Source of the DNA: Sphaerodactylus townsendi
Lineage: Eukaryota
Direction: 5' to 3'
DNA: 64,000 nucleotides
NCBI RefSeq assembly: GCF_021028975.2
Contig: NC_059425.1
Span: 163,184,001-163,248,000 of the forward strand
Every line of letters begins with the position of its first letter. Position 1 is the stretch's first letter. A program made the translations under genes and the position numbers. Positions 62,636 to 64,000 of this stretch are shown piece after piece. The notes under the pieces were generated by a model. It saw only the letters and a list, made by a program, of their open reading frames with translations, was not told the origin of the DNA and searched no databases.

Positions 62636-64000
62636 TTCTAGGAGATGAGTTGACGAAAGTGGTCATCTCACAGTGAGCAGAATGCATACAACCTTTTTTT
62701 TAAAGCATCCATCCTGTACACTTTCATTTTCCCACCCCACCACTGGCATTTGATCTTGCCTCCTTTTGTCTCAAAAACAATTTGTGACACATTTTTGTGC
62801 TGAAAGCTGGCCATTGTTATTGTATGGCAAAATATGTTCAACAGCAATGTCTACAGTTTTTATATAAAATGACAATAATTTTTGACATCATCATAGTGTT
62901 ACGTGTAATGGGGAGAGGAGTTCAGAGAGGAGTGGGAAATCTGGAAAAATCTGTCCCGTGTATATCCACACTAAAATGGACTAAAACCCCCAAACATCCA
63001 CTAACTATACTTCTGATCCGAGATAAATGTATCAACAGCCCAATCCAGAGGTCACCGTGGGTCAGCCAGGGTCGGCTCCATCACTGTGGCATCTCCAGAG
63101 GGCTTTCAGGTTGTGTGGGGAGGCAGTAAAAAAGAAAAGAAAAATAAACAGCCACCTGGAAAGCACTCCACAGGGCTCAACAAAGTTACACCACCATTTT
63201 GGGCGGCATATTTCCAAGGCCCTTTGGCAGAGTTCCTGGCTCCAAAGTCTGTGTGGAAGCCTACAAAGTTCGGCTCCACTCCTGGGAATGCCCATGGCCC
63301 GCCTTCAACTGTGCCAGTTCAACTGTTTCACTCTTTGGAACCAGGCATTTCCAGATTGGGAACCACTGAACTGTGCTGTGCCCACCCATCTCCCAGTTTG
63401 CCCTCCCTACTTATGCCACTGTCATTAATGTGTCCTTTTTTGTATGTTTTTTTTTTGTCTATTGATGTTTTAACTACTATGTGATTTCTTTACTCTCAAA
63501 GCTCTCTAGGCCCAGCTTTGGCAGCAGTACTGCAGCTATCCACTCTATACCACAGTAATTCTACTTTCAGTAAATGCCACTTATGCTGGGGGGTGGGTAA
63601 ACATGCCAGCATGACCTCATGGCTAATCCATAGCCCGATCTACCACGCACTCTTTGGATTGGGCTATCATTCCCCAGACCCTCTGCAGATACATTTGTAC
63701 AAGTCATATGGAAAGAGAGTACATAGGCTTCATGTACTTGGCTTTTGTGCAGACGTTTTGAACAAAGCTACATCAATCATTTGTACAAATTCTTCCACAC
63801 AAAAAGTCCAGGAATACACAAGTGACAAGTTAGAATTGATATACACACACCTCTGATTTTTCAAAAGATCATTTGCAATCCATGAATAGTTTAAGATCAA
63901 ACACACAAAGGTTTGATCTGAATACTCTGATCAGTAGCAAAGATGCTAATATCCACTTTCAATTTCTTCTTATAAGATTATTTTTAAAAAATCTGCTAGT

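Noticed and set aside
56866-64000. Searched for the next upstream NBAS exon
   Set aside because: I found no AG...GT segment with NBAS-like translation; it presumably lies beyond the window.
63500-64000. Possible decayed DNA-transposase motif (KVDISIFATDQSIQIK, minus strand)
   Set aside because: A single short motif with no consistent downstream motifs; unsupported without an HMM search.
1-64000. CRISPR arrays, operons or other prokaryote-type systems
   Set aside because: The sequence is intron- and TE-rich vertebrate DNA; the repeats are dispersed TEs or satellites, not repeat-spacer arrays.

Overview
Vertebrate (squamate reptile, most likely a gecko, inferred from its SINE/LINE/DNA-transposon content) genomic DNA with two N-gaps. 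The only host protein-coding gene I can support is the 3' end of NBAS (neuroblastoma-amplified sequence, NRZ Golgi-to-ER tether) on the minus strand: five in-frame GT-AG exons (56865-56670, 48185-48046, 45394-45250, 40753-40625, 28933-28658 with TAA stop). The rest of the gene lies beyond 64000. Positions 1 to ~28000 are downstream intergenic DNA. The window is otherwise a dense archive of mobile elements: tRNA-derived Squam3-type SINEs, CR1, L2, L1-like and RTE-X-like LINE fragments, Penelope-like elements (an RT fragment and terminal repeats with degenerate hammerhead-ribozyme cores), a chromodomain Gypsy remnant with PPT and LTR, many hAT MITEs with 8-bp TSDs (including a SPIN-like end), Tc1/mariner MITEs with TA TSDs and Harbinger-like MITEs. 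The most notable items are an inverted Penelope hammerhead pair 50 bp from an NBAS splice donor, a SPIN-like fragment, several nested insertions, an identical 219-bp duplication and a HOX13/CDX-motif-rich intronic enhancer candidate. I found no convincing previously undescribed multi-gene system. Family names come from recalled consensus motifs, not database searches.
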